A stretch of 64,000 nucleotides of DNA from Macrostomum hystrix (lineage: Eukaryota > Animalia > Platyhelminthes): the NCBI GenBank assembly GCA_950097015.1, contig CATNEN010000038.1:3534001-3598000 (forward strand), read 5' to 3'. Under the pieces are notes generated by a model. It was not told the origin of the DNA. It ran no database searches and worked only from the letters and a program-made list of their open reading frames with translations. Below are positions 12,094 through 58,498 of this stretch, piece after piece. Numbering within the stretch: position 1 is the first letter of the stretch; the number at the start of each line of letters is the position of its first letter. A program made the position numbers and the translations under genes.

Positions 12094-13892
12094 ATGGCTT
12101 CAAATAAGTATAAAGAAAATTCTGATATACATTTTGTTGAAATTGTCGCGTCTAAAATATCTACTTGGAATAAGTATTCTTGCTTTGATCATCAATCATG
12201 TGCTAAATAACACTTCAGTTCAACGATAATAAAATCGCCCTTGGTACACTGCCATGCGTTAAAGCGAATGAAAAAGTATAGCATTAGGAATTCTCAAGCC
12301 TAACTAAAGATGCGAGCGGTAAATTTCACTCACCTGTGCAAAATAACCAGGCCATTCTCACAGCCACGCTGTGCTCGCGCAGCAGCTTATCCCTATCCGT
12401 TTTCGTATCATGTGATCCCAACAAAATTGTGGACTTTGCACGATATCATTGTCAAACCATCAATGCAAGAAGTCGTTGATTTTATGAAAATTCAGAAAAT
12501 AGAAGGCCTATATCAGTGTTGACGCATATGTATTTAATAATCTGAGTTAAACTGACTTTTTCTGAAATTATCAGTTCTTCTTACTCAAACAGCAAACAAA
12601 GTTTGAAATTTTACTGCAGATAGTCAGATAAAATGTTTTTTGAATGTACTTTTTATCTTTCACATTTACTTGCTCACAAAAAAGAAAACTATTTGCAGGT
12701 GAAATTGCACAAAAAATTAATTAGAAAAGAAGTGAGTTTCGAAAGCGCAGAGATTTCAACTGCTCAGATAATAAAAAAGGAATATTTTCAACGTAAGTTT
12801 AAGCTCGTGGCATCAGGTTGCTTTCTAAAAACTGCTACTAAAAACATTTGCAAAACTGTTTTGCATCGAAAAAATATAAAAGTCTCTACAAAACCTAACA
12901 GATCTACTACTATCAGCAGGCTCATTAACGCGCTCGCGAACCTCCAGGAAGTGAAATGAGATTGGCAGCACAGATGCGAATGCATGTTAGTTCTACAGGC
13001 TGTGTTATCATTAGAGACACAAAATGAAATTGTAGTGCTGAGAAAAAAAATAGTCAGGTGAACTGAAAAACCGGGGACAATGGAGCATCCATACCAGTAT
13101 CGAATCTCTAGTATCCGACTCTACACGCTGCATTCTAAAATAGTTTTCTTTTTGATGGATATTGAGAAAAAGATTTTCAACTCTATCGGTTGTTACCTGC
13201 AGATGGACATATGATTCGTTGTAAAAGCGCGAGTCGAAAAAAGATTCACGTCGTAGTTATTTTAAGTACATCGTGCATCTAAGAATACATTGAAAAACTG
13301 TACTTTTTGCTGAGCTATTTTTAGTTACAAAGGTCAATAGACACGAGATGCTCGCGTGATTCCGTCACTTGGTTCAGCTTGGTATTTAGGCATCGAGATT
13401 TGTTCAATTTTTAGCACTTAAACCTGTCAAGGTCAAACGACACGCAAATGTGGCACGTGTTATTTTTTTCTCTATGCCCGAGTCTAAAAGTTATATGCTG
13501 ATTTACTAATCTAAAATACAGCATTTATAAGTGTTTTTACGTCAGACTAATCTGAACTCAGACAGTTTTTCTATTAAACTCTTAAACTACGAGTAACAAC
13601 AAATCAATGTTATTAGTAAACCAACTCGATCACCTGATATGTAGATCATTTAGAAAATATGCAAAATGAGCGACAAGATACACTTTAGAAAAATAAGTAA
13701 AATAGAAAGGCAAGCAGAATCGATCTTTAATCATAGGCAAAAAATTTATAGCTTGACTATTCTCACAAAAAATCAAGCTTATTCTCAGACAAAGAAGATT
13801 TAACAAGGGAAACAAAATTGGGGCACAATAGAACGGTTAGGGCGAGAGGGTCTGTTTTCAAAAAACCCACCTGCTCCACCACTCTAAGATCT

Positions 13893-45913
<32,021 letters not shown>

Positions 45914-47089
45914 CTGCACTCAGCTCAGCAGCCGTCTCTGTTTGACTTCACCGGCCAAGTAGACTGAGCTCGGCCCAGCCGGGCAGTCCGAAGCCCGCCA
46001 GTCTCCGACTAATTTTCCAGTCGATCAGTTTGTTTTTAGACTGAAGACTCCGCCAGATGTTTGATTAGCATTGGGACATGTTTCACCGTATTTAGGCGAT
46101 TAGCATCTGGTGACGCAATAGCTCTCTGTAGAATTGGTAGTCTCAAAACAGCAACGGCAGCGGATGCGGCAGCACTTGTTGTTTGAGAATGGCCTCACTT
46201 GCTTCTATGTCTGCCGACTGGAGCGCCCGCCACGGGCGGAGTGGGGAGGGCTGGAGTTGGGATGGGAGTCAGGGGGAGTTGCTGGGCAAACCTGTAGGGG
46301 TGGGGGACGGGTGGTTAGAAACAGAAAACGTGCAGCAGAATAGAAAGAAAGAAAGGCATTTTAGGGCGGAAGCCCTCCCGCTGGCATTGCTTGACAACAG
46401 AGCCAGCCAGTCTGTACTCGGCCTCGGCCGAAAGGGGTGGACACACAATGGCCAGCCAATCAGGTAAAATTCAGCGTTTCAAACATCTCGGAGCGGCTGC
46501 TGCGGACGCCGCCGCCGCCGCCGTAGGTGCTGCTGCTGCTGCTGCTGCTGCTACAATAATAATATCTGACTGTTCTTAGGAAAGAATCCACAGGGGGTAG
46601 GTAGGGTTAGTACAAATTGACTCAAGCCCTCCTTTAACTAGCGGCTGCGCTAGGGAGAAATGAGCGAGGCGAGGAAGGGGACAGAAGGACGCGGAAATTC
46701 ATGTGGGCAGCCAGCCTGCTTAATGGGATTTTTACCTGGTGGAAAGGGGAAGAAATGTTGCGAAAAGCTGGGATAGAAATATAAGGAGAGAAAGTGCAGA
46801 ACAATGGGCTCTTGTGTCTTGAAGCATTGCTGAGTTGCTGGCAGCCTTGAAAGTCTTCAGACTATAGAAGCATCTCTTGCTTGTGCCCAGAAATTTCTTG
46901 AAGCGGCCAAGCCGAGAAATTTGCAAGAAAATAAGCAATCAATAGACGGCTTCTGCCTCCACCGCGGATTCTGGGGGAGTTCAATTAGGGTAGAAGAATG
47001 TGCATTAGCACTGGGTAGATATGGATAATTACCTAGTTAGATAGGTGCTTAAAGCAGGTACTTGGCAACCATTTTATGTGTTTCATCAG

Positions 47090-47220
47090 ACTCAGTCCAT
47101 GGACTGAAAAGCTGTACACAACTATAAAATGCGCCGTGCTATAGCTCCGGCTGTGCTGTCGGCTGTAGGACTGGCCGAGTTGGGGCAGGTGCAATGAGTT
47201 ACTAATATTCATAATTATTG
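47090..47220 (+). mobile_element. SINE family A 3' fragment
   Basis: CAGTCCATGGACTGAA...GGCTGTGCTGTCGGCTG...TTGGGGCAGGTG matches the 15380-15490 segment. Confidence 0.7.
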
Positions 47221-47236
47221 TCCCTCCCTGCCCCAT

Positions 47237-47848
47237 CATCTCTTCCCTGTCTCATCCCCTGTCTCATCTCTTCCCTGTCTGATCTCTCCCCTGTCTGATC
47301 TCTCCCCTGTCTCATCTCTCCCCTGTCTGATCTCTCCCCGTGTCTCATCTCTCCCCTGTCTTATCTCTCCCCTGTCTCATCTCTCCCCTGTCTCAACCCC
47401 TCTGTCTCATCCCCCTGTCTCATATCTCCCCTGTCTCATCTCTCCCCTGTCTCGTCTTTCCCTGTCTCGTCTTTCCCTGTCTCATCTCTCCCCTGTCTCA
47501 TCTCTCTCCTGTCTCATCTCTCGCCTGTCTTATCTCTCCCCTGTCTCATCTCTCCCCTGTCTCAACCCCTCTGTCTCATCCCCCTGTCTCATATCTCCCC
47601 TGTCTCATCTCTCCCCTGTCTCGTCTTTCCCTGTCTCGTCTTTCCCTGTCTCATCTCTCCCCTGTCTCATCTCTCTCCTGTTTTATCTCTCTCCTCTGTC
47701 TCGTCTCTCCCCTGTCTCGTTTCTCTCCCGTGTCTCATCTCTCCCATGTCTCATCTCTCCCCCGTCTCATCTCTCCCCTGTCTCATCTCTCCCCTGTTTC
47801 ATCTCTCTCCTGTCTATCTCCCCCGTGTCTTATCTCTCCCCTGTCTCA
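47237..47848. repeat. ~16-17-bp pyrimidine-rich minisatellite
   Basis: Unit ~CTGTCTCATCTCTCCC(C). Confidence 0.93.
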
Positions 47849-48420
47849 TTATCTGTAATTGAGGACCATTACTCGTATTTGTTATAAGAAGCAGTACTGA
47901 ACGGGATTTCCGGATTTATAACACAACCGAAAAGAGAAGATGATAAAAATTTATATACGAGTAATTATGCTCGTAATCCACCCAAGCAGCAAATTAGCAG
48001 CAGCATTGCCCATGGGAGTAGATGATCAGCTACAGGTAAGTCAGTAACGAGAAACCCGACAAACAGACCGGAGGGAGGTATGGAAATGTTTTGTGCTAAA
48101 ATCATCATCGGCCCCGCCTTTGTCCGCGATCATTTTCTTCACTGTCTGTCTGCAGCCACCTCCCCACCCACTGTATAGCATAGTACGGTTGCACACATCA
48201 TGGGCGCACTGATGCAGTGGCTGAGTGTCTATAGGCCCTTGCTAAATGTTAAAAAAAGCACGATTGAGCAGTCATTTCTATTTGTTAATATATATTTTTT
48301 TATTGACCGCCCTATTTGCACTTTTGATCACACGCATTAGAAACACAATGATATTTTTGTAATTGTCATCCGGTCCTTTACAGTTACAGCTCTTCACAAC
48401 TAGGTTGGGACAATCTCTTG

Positions 48421-49693
48421 ACAGCCACCCACCATCAGTGAACAGCCACCCACCATCAGTGAACAGCCACCCACCATCAGTGAACAGCCACCCACCATCA
48501 GTGAACAGCCACCCACCATCAGGAACAGCCACCTACCATCAGTGAACAGCCACCCACCATCAGTGAACAGCCACCTACCATCAGTGAACAGCCACCCACC
48601 ATCAGTGAACAGCCACCCACTACCATCAGTGAACAGCCACCCACCATCAGTGAACAGCCACCCACTACCATCAGTGAACAGCCACCCACCACCATCAGTG
48701 AACAGCCACCCACTACCATCAGTGAACAGCCACCCACTACCATCAGTGAACAGCCACCCACTATCAGTGAACAGCCACCCACTACCATCAGTGAACAGCC
48801 ACCCACTATCATCAGTGAACAGCCACCCACCATCAGTGAACAGCCACCCACTACCATCAGTGAACAGCCACCCACCACCATCAGTGAACAGCCACCCACT
48901 ATCAGTGAACAGCCACCCACTACCATCAGTGAACAGCCACCCACCACCATCAGTGAACAGCCACCCACTATCAGTGAACAGCCACCCACTACCATCAGTG
49001 AACAGCCACCCACTACCATCAGTGAACAGCCACCCACCATCAGTGAACAGCCACCCATCATCAGTGAACAGCCACCTACCATCAGTGAACAGCCACCCAC
49101 CATCAGTGAACAGCCACCTACCATCAGTGAACAGCCACCCACTACCATCAGTGAACAGCCACCCACCACCATCAGTGAACAGCCACCCACTACCATCAGT
49201 GAACAGCCACCCACTACCATCAGTGAACAGCCACCCACCATCAGTGAACAGCCACCCACCACCATCAGTGAACAGCCACCCACTACCATCAGTGAACAGC
49301 CACCCACTACCATCAGTGAACAGCCACCCACTACCATCAGTGAACAGCCACCTACCATCAGTGAACAGCCACCCACCACCATCAGTGAACAGCCACCCAC
49401 CATCAGTGAACAGCCACCCACTATCAGTGAACAGCCACCCACCATCAGTGAACAGCCACCCACCATCAGTGAACAGCCACCCACCACCATCAGTGAACAG
49501 CCACCCACCATCAGTGAACAGCCACCCACCATCAGGAACAGCCACCCACCATCAGTGAACAGCCACCCACCATCAGTGAACAGCCACCCACCACCATCAG
49601 TGAACAGCCACCCACTACCATCAGTGAACAGCCACCCACCATCAGTGAACAGCCACCCACCATCAGGAACAGCCACCCACCATCAGTGAACAA
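48421..49693. repeat. 21/24-bp minisatellite
   Basis: Unit ACAGCCACCCAC(TAC)CATCAGTGA. Confidence 0.97.
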
Positions 49694-51773
49694 CCATAAC
49701 GGAGTGATGGACCAAACGAAGGAAAATCAGGCTTTAGATTTGTATTAATCTGCTGGGGAGTGGAGCAAGAGGTGTTTTTTTATTCTTGAAAAAGCCCCAT
49801 AAACATGTTGTGTTTTCACCTCGCCCACATCGTTTGCAGCAAGCACAGTGGATCGATGGAGACGCATTAATTGCTCCCTGGTGCAACATTTCAGTCTTCG
49901 CATTGGGGAGGCCTCTCTATGCATACTATACGCGTGTTGCCTCCCATTCCCATTCCTCACTTTACTTTCCATGCGTTTGAGTGCTCTTAGATTGCTATTC
50001 AAACACAAAACTGCGAGTAAGAGGATGCGGATATTAGTCAGGAGCTCAAAACTATCTGCAGCAGCTATAGCATCTATCTCTCACTATCTTTACTCCTTGT
50101 TTCCTAGCTCCCAAAAGCCAAAATTAAGACGCTCCCGCGGTTCATTGCTGCTGCAGAAGCCGGGCAGACCGGAAGATGGAGAGCTGCTGGGACAGGCAGG
50201 ACAGGGAAGGGCTCGGGGGGGTTAAAAACGTGTTGCCGATGCCATAGGTCGCCTGTCTGTTTGCCAGCTGAACTGCTCGCTCTTTAAGAGACACGCAACG
50301 CCGTTGCTAAGGACTCAGAATGGAAAACGCCGGCGGGGCAGAGAATCAGATGGAATGGCTGCATCAGAGCAGGCCGGACCAGGAATTTCTGAATACAAGC
50401 GTTGGGTGATGATGAGGAGCAGGAGGGCTATCCTCATGCATTGTCAGCGATACTGTAAATTCCCACATTTCATCCCGGCATCATCGCTGCCCATAACCCG
50501 TAGCGAAATCTACTACACACCTGACTGAATTGAGATGACGACTGATGAGGGTGTAGTGGTCATGTACTTTTTTGAGCTTTCAAAATAGACAGATAGTTTT
50601 TATGTTTTTAACCGCATTTTATAGCAGTTTTTTAAAGCGAAATAATACGTTTATATGAGTGGAAATGCGGAAACGAAATGGTGTTAGGGAGCATGCTAGC
50701 TACCATCCTTAAACTTTAGTGCATGTTAATATACCATTATTTTTGCGTACCTGGCTTCTTAATTTTACTCAGCAAAATATATGGTGTGATTACCAGGCCA
50801 ACATAATTGTTGTGAAAAGCTATTTATTGAAACACTACCTTTCGCCGATATTTCGTTGTGGAAGATAGTTTCATTAGCATGAAGAAGAAGGAATAAGAGA
50901 TACGAATCAGAGAAAAAAGATAAGACAGATTCCGAGATAGTCTGAGACTCGAAAACCACTAAAGAATCTGTCAAATTTCAATAAAATGTTCTTTTTGTCC
51001 AAATTCTGCTTTCATTTTGTTTTTGTTATTTTTTAATTCCCGCGATGCTTTTTCGTGACGCTGTTTAACAAAGCTGCTTTGGTAAGATGGGGTGTATATC
51101 AGATCTTAACTATATAAGAATTGGAACTACATATATCATTTCACTTAACTTATAGAGTATGCTACAAGCAAAAATTCAAAACTGCAAAACTATTAGCACG
51201 TGTTGTCTTTGCGTTTAATTCAAAAACTTATTATTAAGTTTTAAGTTTTTTTTAGTTTTATTCAAAAACTTAAGACTATATTCAAACTTCATAAAAGAAT
51301 CATAAATATTATCGATAGGCCTATATTAAAGTATGTGGTATCTTTTCTTAGTGTAACTAGTCTAGAGTGGCATTGCATTTTTGTAAGCTACGTAATAATA
51401 AGATTTAATAATAGATAGCCTTAGCATATATTCTACAAACATATTCAAACCATTGAATCTTTTGCAATTTAAAGGCACATTAAAACCATTGACCTTGAAT
51501 AAAAGTTGCACTGTGAACCAGTGACATGTGACCTCTCTAGTTTATTATTCTAGTTTACTTTGTAATAAAATATTAACTGGAATTTGTAATCGATTTTATA
51601 GTTGTGACATTATTATTTGGCTGGTACCTAGTAATCTAGGAACTTAAAATAATGGAATTCTATATTTTTAGTGCCTATTGTTGGGCCTATCTTATATTCT
51701 GATTAACAGAATTAAATAATTTTTTTCAGACAAAGCAGTTGCCTAGCTGAGGTCCACTAGTACTAGATTCTCA

Positions 51774-54700
51774 ATGGCTGCCAGCTCTACATTTCTATGT
51801 GGTGTTATTGAAGGTAAGTCATGCTTTTATTAGACATTTTTACAAGTAAAAAGTTTAACTATTAAGTATAAGTATGGTATAATTGTCCTTTAATTGGCAA
51901 GCTTAAATTAGAATAGCTATGACTCTGATAGCAAAAATAATATGATTTATATATATAGATCAGCAGTCTTCCTCTTTCAGTTGCTGTTTATGCTCAAATT
52001 TTAAATATAATTCCTCAAAAGTTTTAAACTAAAAATGCAGAAAGCTTATTGAAAAAATTAACAAGAACAGTTTAACATAACCTACTATGGCTAATTATTG
52101 TTGCCAAAGAGTTTGTAATTGCTTTGAAGATTGTAGTGTCATTATTATTATTATTATTAGGCACACACTTAAAAGGTGCTACTTTTTAATTATCCAATTT
52201 ACTTAAATATAATATTAGTCAAGTGTAACGAAGGTAGGAGTAGGACTACAGTACTTACAGCTTACACAGGCCAACTTGCATAGTTTCCTTTATTATATAG
52301 ATAAGAACAAGTTTATGGACCAAAACAACTATATGAAATAAGAAAGAAACATTCTTAAATATTCTCATTGTCTTTTATATAATAAAATTTTTTTTTGCAC
52401 CTGTTCAGGCTTCTATGGTCAGCCCTGGTCAGGCAAGGAGCGCAGGTGCCTGTTTGAACGTATGCAATCTATGCAGCTCAATGCCTACATGTATGCACCA
52501 AAGGATGACAATAAGCACAGGTGTGACTGGCGTGTGCTGTACAATGCCAAAGAGGCAGGTAAGATTTAGTGATTTAGATTTAGTGCACTATTATTGCAGT
52601 GCTGAATTTAAAGATACTAGATTAAGATTTTCTTGCTTCTGGATGCCTACCTCAGATTCTTTTTAAAATCAGAGATCTCTGTTTAACTTACAGAAATTCC
52701 AGAATCCTAGATCCCTAACGAAATCCTTTGATTTAGAATTCAGATTTTTCAATCCTTGATCCCTCATTATTTTTCCTAAATCTCGGATCCCAGATTCCTA
52801 CTTCTGTTCTCAGATCCCATCTCAGAATCCCATAGCCGCATTAGGATCACATTCTGTGATGCCTTGTCATTCCAGAAAAGCTGCGCTCGCTGATTGGCGC
52901 GGCCGAATCCGCTGGTGTGACCTTCATCTATGCTCTGTCACCCGGCCTGGACATGAATTACTCAAGCCAGGTGCCTCTGCTGCTGCGTAAGCTGACTCAG
53001 GTGCGAGACCTCGGCTGCCAGGCCTTCGCCCTGCTGTTTGATGACATCGAGCCGAAACTGCGCGGCCCCGATAAGGCAGCTTTTAAGTCTCCCGCCGAGG
53101 CTCAGGTGGGTAGGGAATCTCGAATCCTAAATTCCTACTCCAGTTCTCGAATCCTAAATGCCGACTTCATTTCTCGAATCCTGAATCCCATCTTCAGTTC
53201 TCGAATCCTACCTAAATCCCAACTTCAGTTCTCGAATCCTAAATCCCATCTTCTGTTCTCGAATCCTAAATCCCAACTCCAGTTCTCGAATCCTACCTAA
53301 ATCCCAACTTCAGTTCTCGAATCCTAAATCCCAAATTCAGTTCTCGAATCCTACCTAAATCCCAAATTCAGTTCTCGAATCCTAAATCCCAAATTCAGTT
53401 CTCGAATCCTACCTAAATCCCAAATTCAGTTCTGGAATCCTAAATCCCAACTTCAGTTCTCGAATCCTAAATCCCTACTTCAGTTCTTGAATCCTACCTA
53501 AATCCCTACTCCATTTCTCAAATCCTAAATCCCAATTGTAGTTTTTTAATCCTAAATACCATCTCGAGTTCGTTAACTCCATCTTTCGAACCTCAATTTC
53601 CAACTTTCATAATTTCGGTGGTCTCTTCAATAAAAGAATAAATAAATTTTCCCACTCTAGTGCTCGGTAACGAACGCCGCCTTTGAGCACCTAGGCCAGC
53701 CGCGCACGTTTCTGTTCTGCCCAACTGAGTACTGCGCCAGCCGCGCCCGGCCGAACGTCGCCGAGTCGGCCTACCTGGCCACAGTGGGTGCTAAATTAGC
53801 AGCACAGATTGGCGTGCTGTGGACTGGGCCGCGGGTTGTGTCAAAAACCATCACTGCAACTTCAATTAGAGAGGTGAGAAACCAACTCGCCTGTCCTCTT
53901 CTCTGCTTTCCTATTTTATGAATTTCTAAATTATTTTGCGCCCCCCAACCTCGGCAATCCAGGTTGGACAAGCACTGAAGCGGCGACCAGTGATCTGGGA
54001 CAATCTGCACGCCAACGATTACGACATGTCCCGCCTGTTTCTGGGCCCCTTCAGCGGGCGAGCCCTGGATCTGGCGCCACTGCTTGGCGGAGTGCTCACC
54101 AACCCCAACTGCCAGTTTGAGGTCTGTCATTGTGCTGGTCCGAGTCTGCATTCTGTAGCGGGACTGACGCTGACTGGGACTGAATCGGGACTGCGGCAGA
54201 GCGGGACTGAAGCGGGAATGAGGCAGAGCGACTGTGAATGCAATCTTTCTGTATTTTTACATTCGTAATCAACCTGTTCTCTGACAACCAGGCCAACTTC
54301 GTCGCCATGAGCACCCTGGCCCAGTGGTGCCGGCTAGCCTCCAGCGGTAGCGCAGGCGATATCAGCGCGGCGTACATCCCGGAGGTGGCCCTGGAGAGGG
54401 CGGTTCGCGACTGGCTGCCGCACTTTGTCGTGAGTGGCTGCGGTGAGACCTCCGGCGAGCCAGAGTTCGATTCCGAGGCTGCGAATTCAGCCAGCGGTGC
54501 TGCGGTAGATCAGGTTAGTTAAGAGGGGAATCGAGATTTCAATGGCTAGTTGTTAACATTGCACCATCTCAGTGTCAACTTTTTACATCTGCCAAGCAGT
54601 CAGCCGACTGCAGCGACAGCAGCAGCAGCAGCGGTGATGAAGCAGTCTGCAGATTGCCGATAACCTACGACGAGCTGCTGCGAATCTGCCACCTGTTCTA

Positions 54701-57413
54701 CCTGCCCTACAGGCACGGCGATTGGGCCATTCGGCTATTGGATGAATTTCATTGGCTGCGCGTTTGCTCGGTTAGTGACGAGCAGCCCTCTGATTGGTCG
54801 GCTAGGGCGGCAGATTTCAACCGAGAGCTAGCTAGCCTGCGATTGGTTCGCCGGAAACTAAACATGCTGGCCAACAGGCGTTTGGCTTTGGATTTATTTC
54901 GCTACGTTGGCGACGTTTGTCACGTGCTGGGCACCCTCAGTGCCTATATCAACAATAGGAGTAAGCGCTTGGTTTACAGCAGGTGTCGGCAACCTCCGGC
55001 CCGCGGGCCAGATGCGGCCCTACAAATCCGACCCGTTGCCCCTTACCACACCTACAGTATCCTGTTTCATCTTCCCGTGTCTCATCTCTCTCCTTTCTCA
55101 TCCCTCCCCTTTCTCATGATTCTACAGTCAATGTGGTCCGCTGTCGTCTGTTAGGTTCTCTCTGTAGCCCGCCAGCTAATAAGTTTGCCTACCCCTGGTT
55201 TATGGGATTAACTGTGCTGATTATACTACTTTGTATGCCTAATAAGTAGGTAGTTAAGTATCATACTATCTATTAAAGGGTTGTCTGTACACGGGATGCC
55301 AAGAGTTCACGTGCGTTCTTTTTTAAATCCATATGAGTAGTAGGGGACTAAATTTGCGATGGGATTTAGTGTTGTGCAGAATGATTCTAGATCAGTGTAA
55401 GAGGGGATATTTTCTGGATTAGAGATGTGCTCAGTGTATAAGGGGATAATTCTGGATTAGAGATGGGATTAGTGTGGGAGGGGATAGTTCTGGATTAGAG
55501 ATGGGATTAGTGTGGGAGGGGATAGTTCTGGATTAGAGATGGGATTAGTGTGGGAGGGGATAGTTCTGGATTAGGGATGGGATTAGTGTGGGAGGGGATA
55601 GTTCTGGATTAGGGATGGGATTAGTGTGGGAGGGGATAGTTCTGGATTAGGGATGGGATTAGTGTGGGAGGGGATAGTTCTGGATTAGGGATGGGATTAG
55701 TGTGGGAGGGGATAGTTCTGGATTAGGGATGGGATTAGTGTGGGAGGGGATAGTTCTGGATTAGAGATGGGATTAGTGTGGGAGGGGATAGTTCTGGATT
55801 AGAGATGGGATTAGTGTGGGAGGGGATAGTTCTGGATTAGAGATGGGATTAGTGTGGGAGGGGATAGTTCTGGATTAGAGATGGGATTAATGTGGGAGGA
55901 GATAGTTCTGGATTAGAGATGGGATTTGTGTGGGAGGGGATAATTCAGGGTTAGAGATCGGGTGAGTGTAGGAGGAGATAATTCTGGATTAGAGATAGGA
56001 TTTGTGTGAGAGGGGATAATTCTGGATTAGAGATTAGAGATTTCGGATTCTGGACTGTGATGGGATTCATTTAACAGGGAATGAGTCTAAATGTGCGACA
56101 AATTTTTCACAATTTCTGATGCAATAAATCGCTTCTGGTGATGTTCAGACTGGAGTTACTTAATTGTGTTAAATGATTATTCCATTGTTTATCCTGCTTT
56201 CCTAGAATCAGGCGAGCAGCCTGGAGGGGCCACATCACCCTCTTCGTCCGCGCTGTGCCGCGGCGGCCTGGCAGCCGAGCTTCAGCGCCTGCTGCCGCCG
56301 GACGCCGCTCGCAGCCTCCTGCTGCACCGGGTGTTCGCCGTCCGCCGCTGCTGCTCGGACATCGATAGGACCGCCCTGGCCGAGCTGATCTGCTGCACCG
56401 AGCCCCGCGTCCCTGCCGACCGCCTCCTGGAACTTTGCTGCGCCAGCGGCGTCGACGGCACCGCCAATGACGAAGCTGCCACGGCTGGCTTCGTGCTGGA
56501 GGACGCATTCGGCGTGTGCGCGTTCGCCTGCGTTGTGCCCCGCCACCGCGAAGCTTCTGTGGGAACCGTGGTGAGCGCTCGTGCAGTGTCCGACTTCAAC
56601 ATCTCTAACTTCCAGTGTCTAACAGCTTCAACTTCCAGTGTCTAACAGCTTCAGCTTATAGTGTCTAACAGCTCTCAATTCAAGTGTCTAAGAGTTCAAA
56701 CTAAGCTGTCTCTGTAAGCTTAAAAGTCAAACAGTTTCCATCAGTTCCATCAGTTTTCAGGAGTATCTAACAGCTTCCATCAGTGACTAACAGCTTCCAT
56801 AGTGTCTAACAGCTTCCTTCAGTGTCTAACAGCTTCCATTAGTGTCTAACAGCTTCCATCAGAGTTTAATAGCTTCCATCAGTGTCTAACAGCTTCCTTC
56901 AGTGTCTAACAGCTTCCATCAGTGTCTAACAGCTTCCTTCAGTGTCTAATAGCTTCCATCAGTGTCTAACAGCTTCCTTCAGTGTCTAACAGCTTCCATC
57001 AGCGTGCTTGAGTCAGCAGCTAAAACGATCCCACTAATCTCCTCCTGCAGGACTTCCTCCCTTCGCTAGCCGACGCTTTTCAGTCTCCGTCCATATCGCC
57101 ACTGCCTCCACCGCAGTCGCTGTTGCATTTCGCTGTTTCGCCCTCTGGACGGTGCGATCTCTCGCTTGAGTCGAAGGCGCGACCGCTTCGCCGACTGTTG
57201 ACTCGCTGCCTGGACATCCTGGCTGACTATGGCTCCGACTGGGCCCACTGCCTGCTGTCAGCCCATCAAGGCGATGGCAGCAGTGCCACTGATTCAAATC
57301 CAATGTCAGACGATCTAGCCAAGAATCTTTGCGACTGCCTCGGCTTTCAACGACTCGATTTTCCAGAGGCGGACAGGCGCGGCTGGCAGCTGCTGGGACG
57401 CTCGCTTCTCTGA
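51774..57413 (+). CDS. OGA: O-GlcNAcase (GH84, MGEA5-like), 9 exons, ~700 aa
   Basis: Exons 51774-51813, 52409-52558, 52876-53105, 53661-53873, 53963-54121, 54292-54513, 54600-54960, 56206-56570, 57051-57413 (2103 nt, in frame). Motifs [20 protein letters not shown], catalytic [58 protein letters not shown]. Confidence 0.93.
53118..53545. repeat. ~26/30-bp minisatellite in OGA intron 3
   Basis: Unit TTCTCGAATCCTA(CCTA)AATCCCAACTTCAG. Confidence 0.92.
55400..56035. repeat. 38-bp G-rich minisatellite in OGA intron 7
   Basis: Unit CTGGATTAG(A/G)GATGGGATTAGTGTGGGAGGGGATAGTT. Confidence 0.95.
56610..57003. repeat. 20-bp minisatellite in OGA intron 8
   Basis: Unit AGTGTCTAACAGCTTCCATC. Confidence 0.92.
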
Positions 57414-57466
57414 CTCTCTTTCGATGCTGCTTCGTTATTAAAAATTTTCGGATGGTTTTTAGAAAA

Positions 57467-57890
57467 TGTCAGAGCGTGTCTAGTAGTGTCAGAGGGTGTC
57501 TGGTAGTGTCAGAGGGTGTCTGGTAGTGTCAGAGGGTGTCTGGTAGTGTCAGAGGTTGTCTGGTAGTGTCAGAGGGTGTCTGGTAGTGTCAGTGGGTGTC
57601 TGGTAGTTTCAGAGGGTGTCTGGTAGTGTCAGAGGGTGTCTGGTATTGTCAGAGGGTGTCTGGTAGTGTCAGAGGGTGTCTGGTATTGTCAGAGGGTATC
57701 TAGTAGTGTCAGAGGGTGTCTGGTAGTGTCAAATGGTGTCTGGTAGTATCAGAGGTTGTCTGGTAGTGTCAGAGGGTGTCTGGTATTGTTAGAGGGTGTC
57801 TGATAGTGTCAGAGGTTGTCTGGTAGTGTCAGAGGTTGTCTGGTAGTGTCAGAGGGTGTCTGGTAGTGTCAAAGGGTGTCTTGTAGTTCC
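57467..57890. repeat. 20-bp minisatellite just after the OGA stop codon
   Basis: Unit AGAGGGTGTCTGGTAGTGTC, ~21 copies. Confidence 0.95.
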
Positions 57891-58450
57891 AGCGGTTGTC
57901 ATGTAATTGTCGTGCAATATTTTCTGAATTTTTTCACCCCACATGGCTTTGCTTTTCCTTTAAGTTCTTATATGTATTCAAACTGATTCTATTTCGTAAA
58001 TCGAATATATATTTTGTGAATGGTTGCTGAGTTTCTTACACGTGGTTCATGTCGGACTATTCTCGTTCTTTGAATTCGAGCTATAAGACCTGAAAGAAAG
58101 CGAATGGCTTTTCTTACTTTCCACAGATTCCGACAGTCATAACAGTCACGCTAGTACTTTTGTACAAATTGAACGTTTCAGCTAATACAATTGAAATGCT
58201 AACCTTATAACAGAAGAGCATCTTGCAAGCAACTATTTTATCTGCAGGTCCCAATACGTTTTTTGCGAATTAACTGGCGGAGTGGCATAAAATACTCGAC
58301 GAATGTTTAGTTTTCTTTGCATATGTTCATCCGATGACAAAGCTCAAGAAACGGGCCAGGGGTAGAGGCAAACTCAAACACTTGCAAGATAACTTTGACT
58401 GTGAACAGAATGAACGTATTATTGTTGGCTAGTGACATCCTAGATAAAAC

Positions 58451-58498
58451 CAAGGACTACTTAAGTAGTTTATATATACGTTACTTGAGTAGTCCTTG
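58451..58498. mobile_element. 48-bp MITE with CAAGG termini and perfect 8-bp TSD
   Basis: TIR CAAGGACTACTTAAGTA / TACTTGAGTAGTCCTTG (1 mismatch); TSD GATAAAAC on both sides. Confidence 0.8.

Noticed and set aside
11009-12229. Cluster of short ORFs
   Set aside because: They lie within SINE copies.
48278-49676. Long repetitive ORFs (GGWLFTD, VGGCSLM, SVNSHPP)
   Set aside because: Translations of a 21/24-bp minisatellite that is open in several frames on both strands, with no unique flanking coding sequence.
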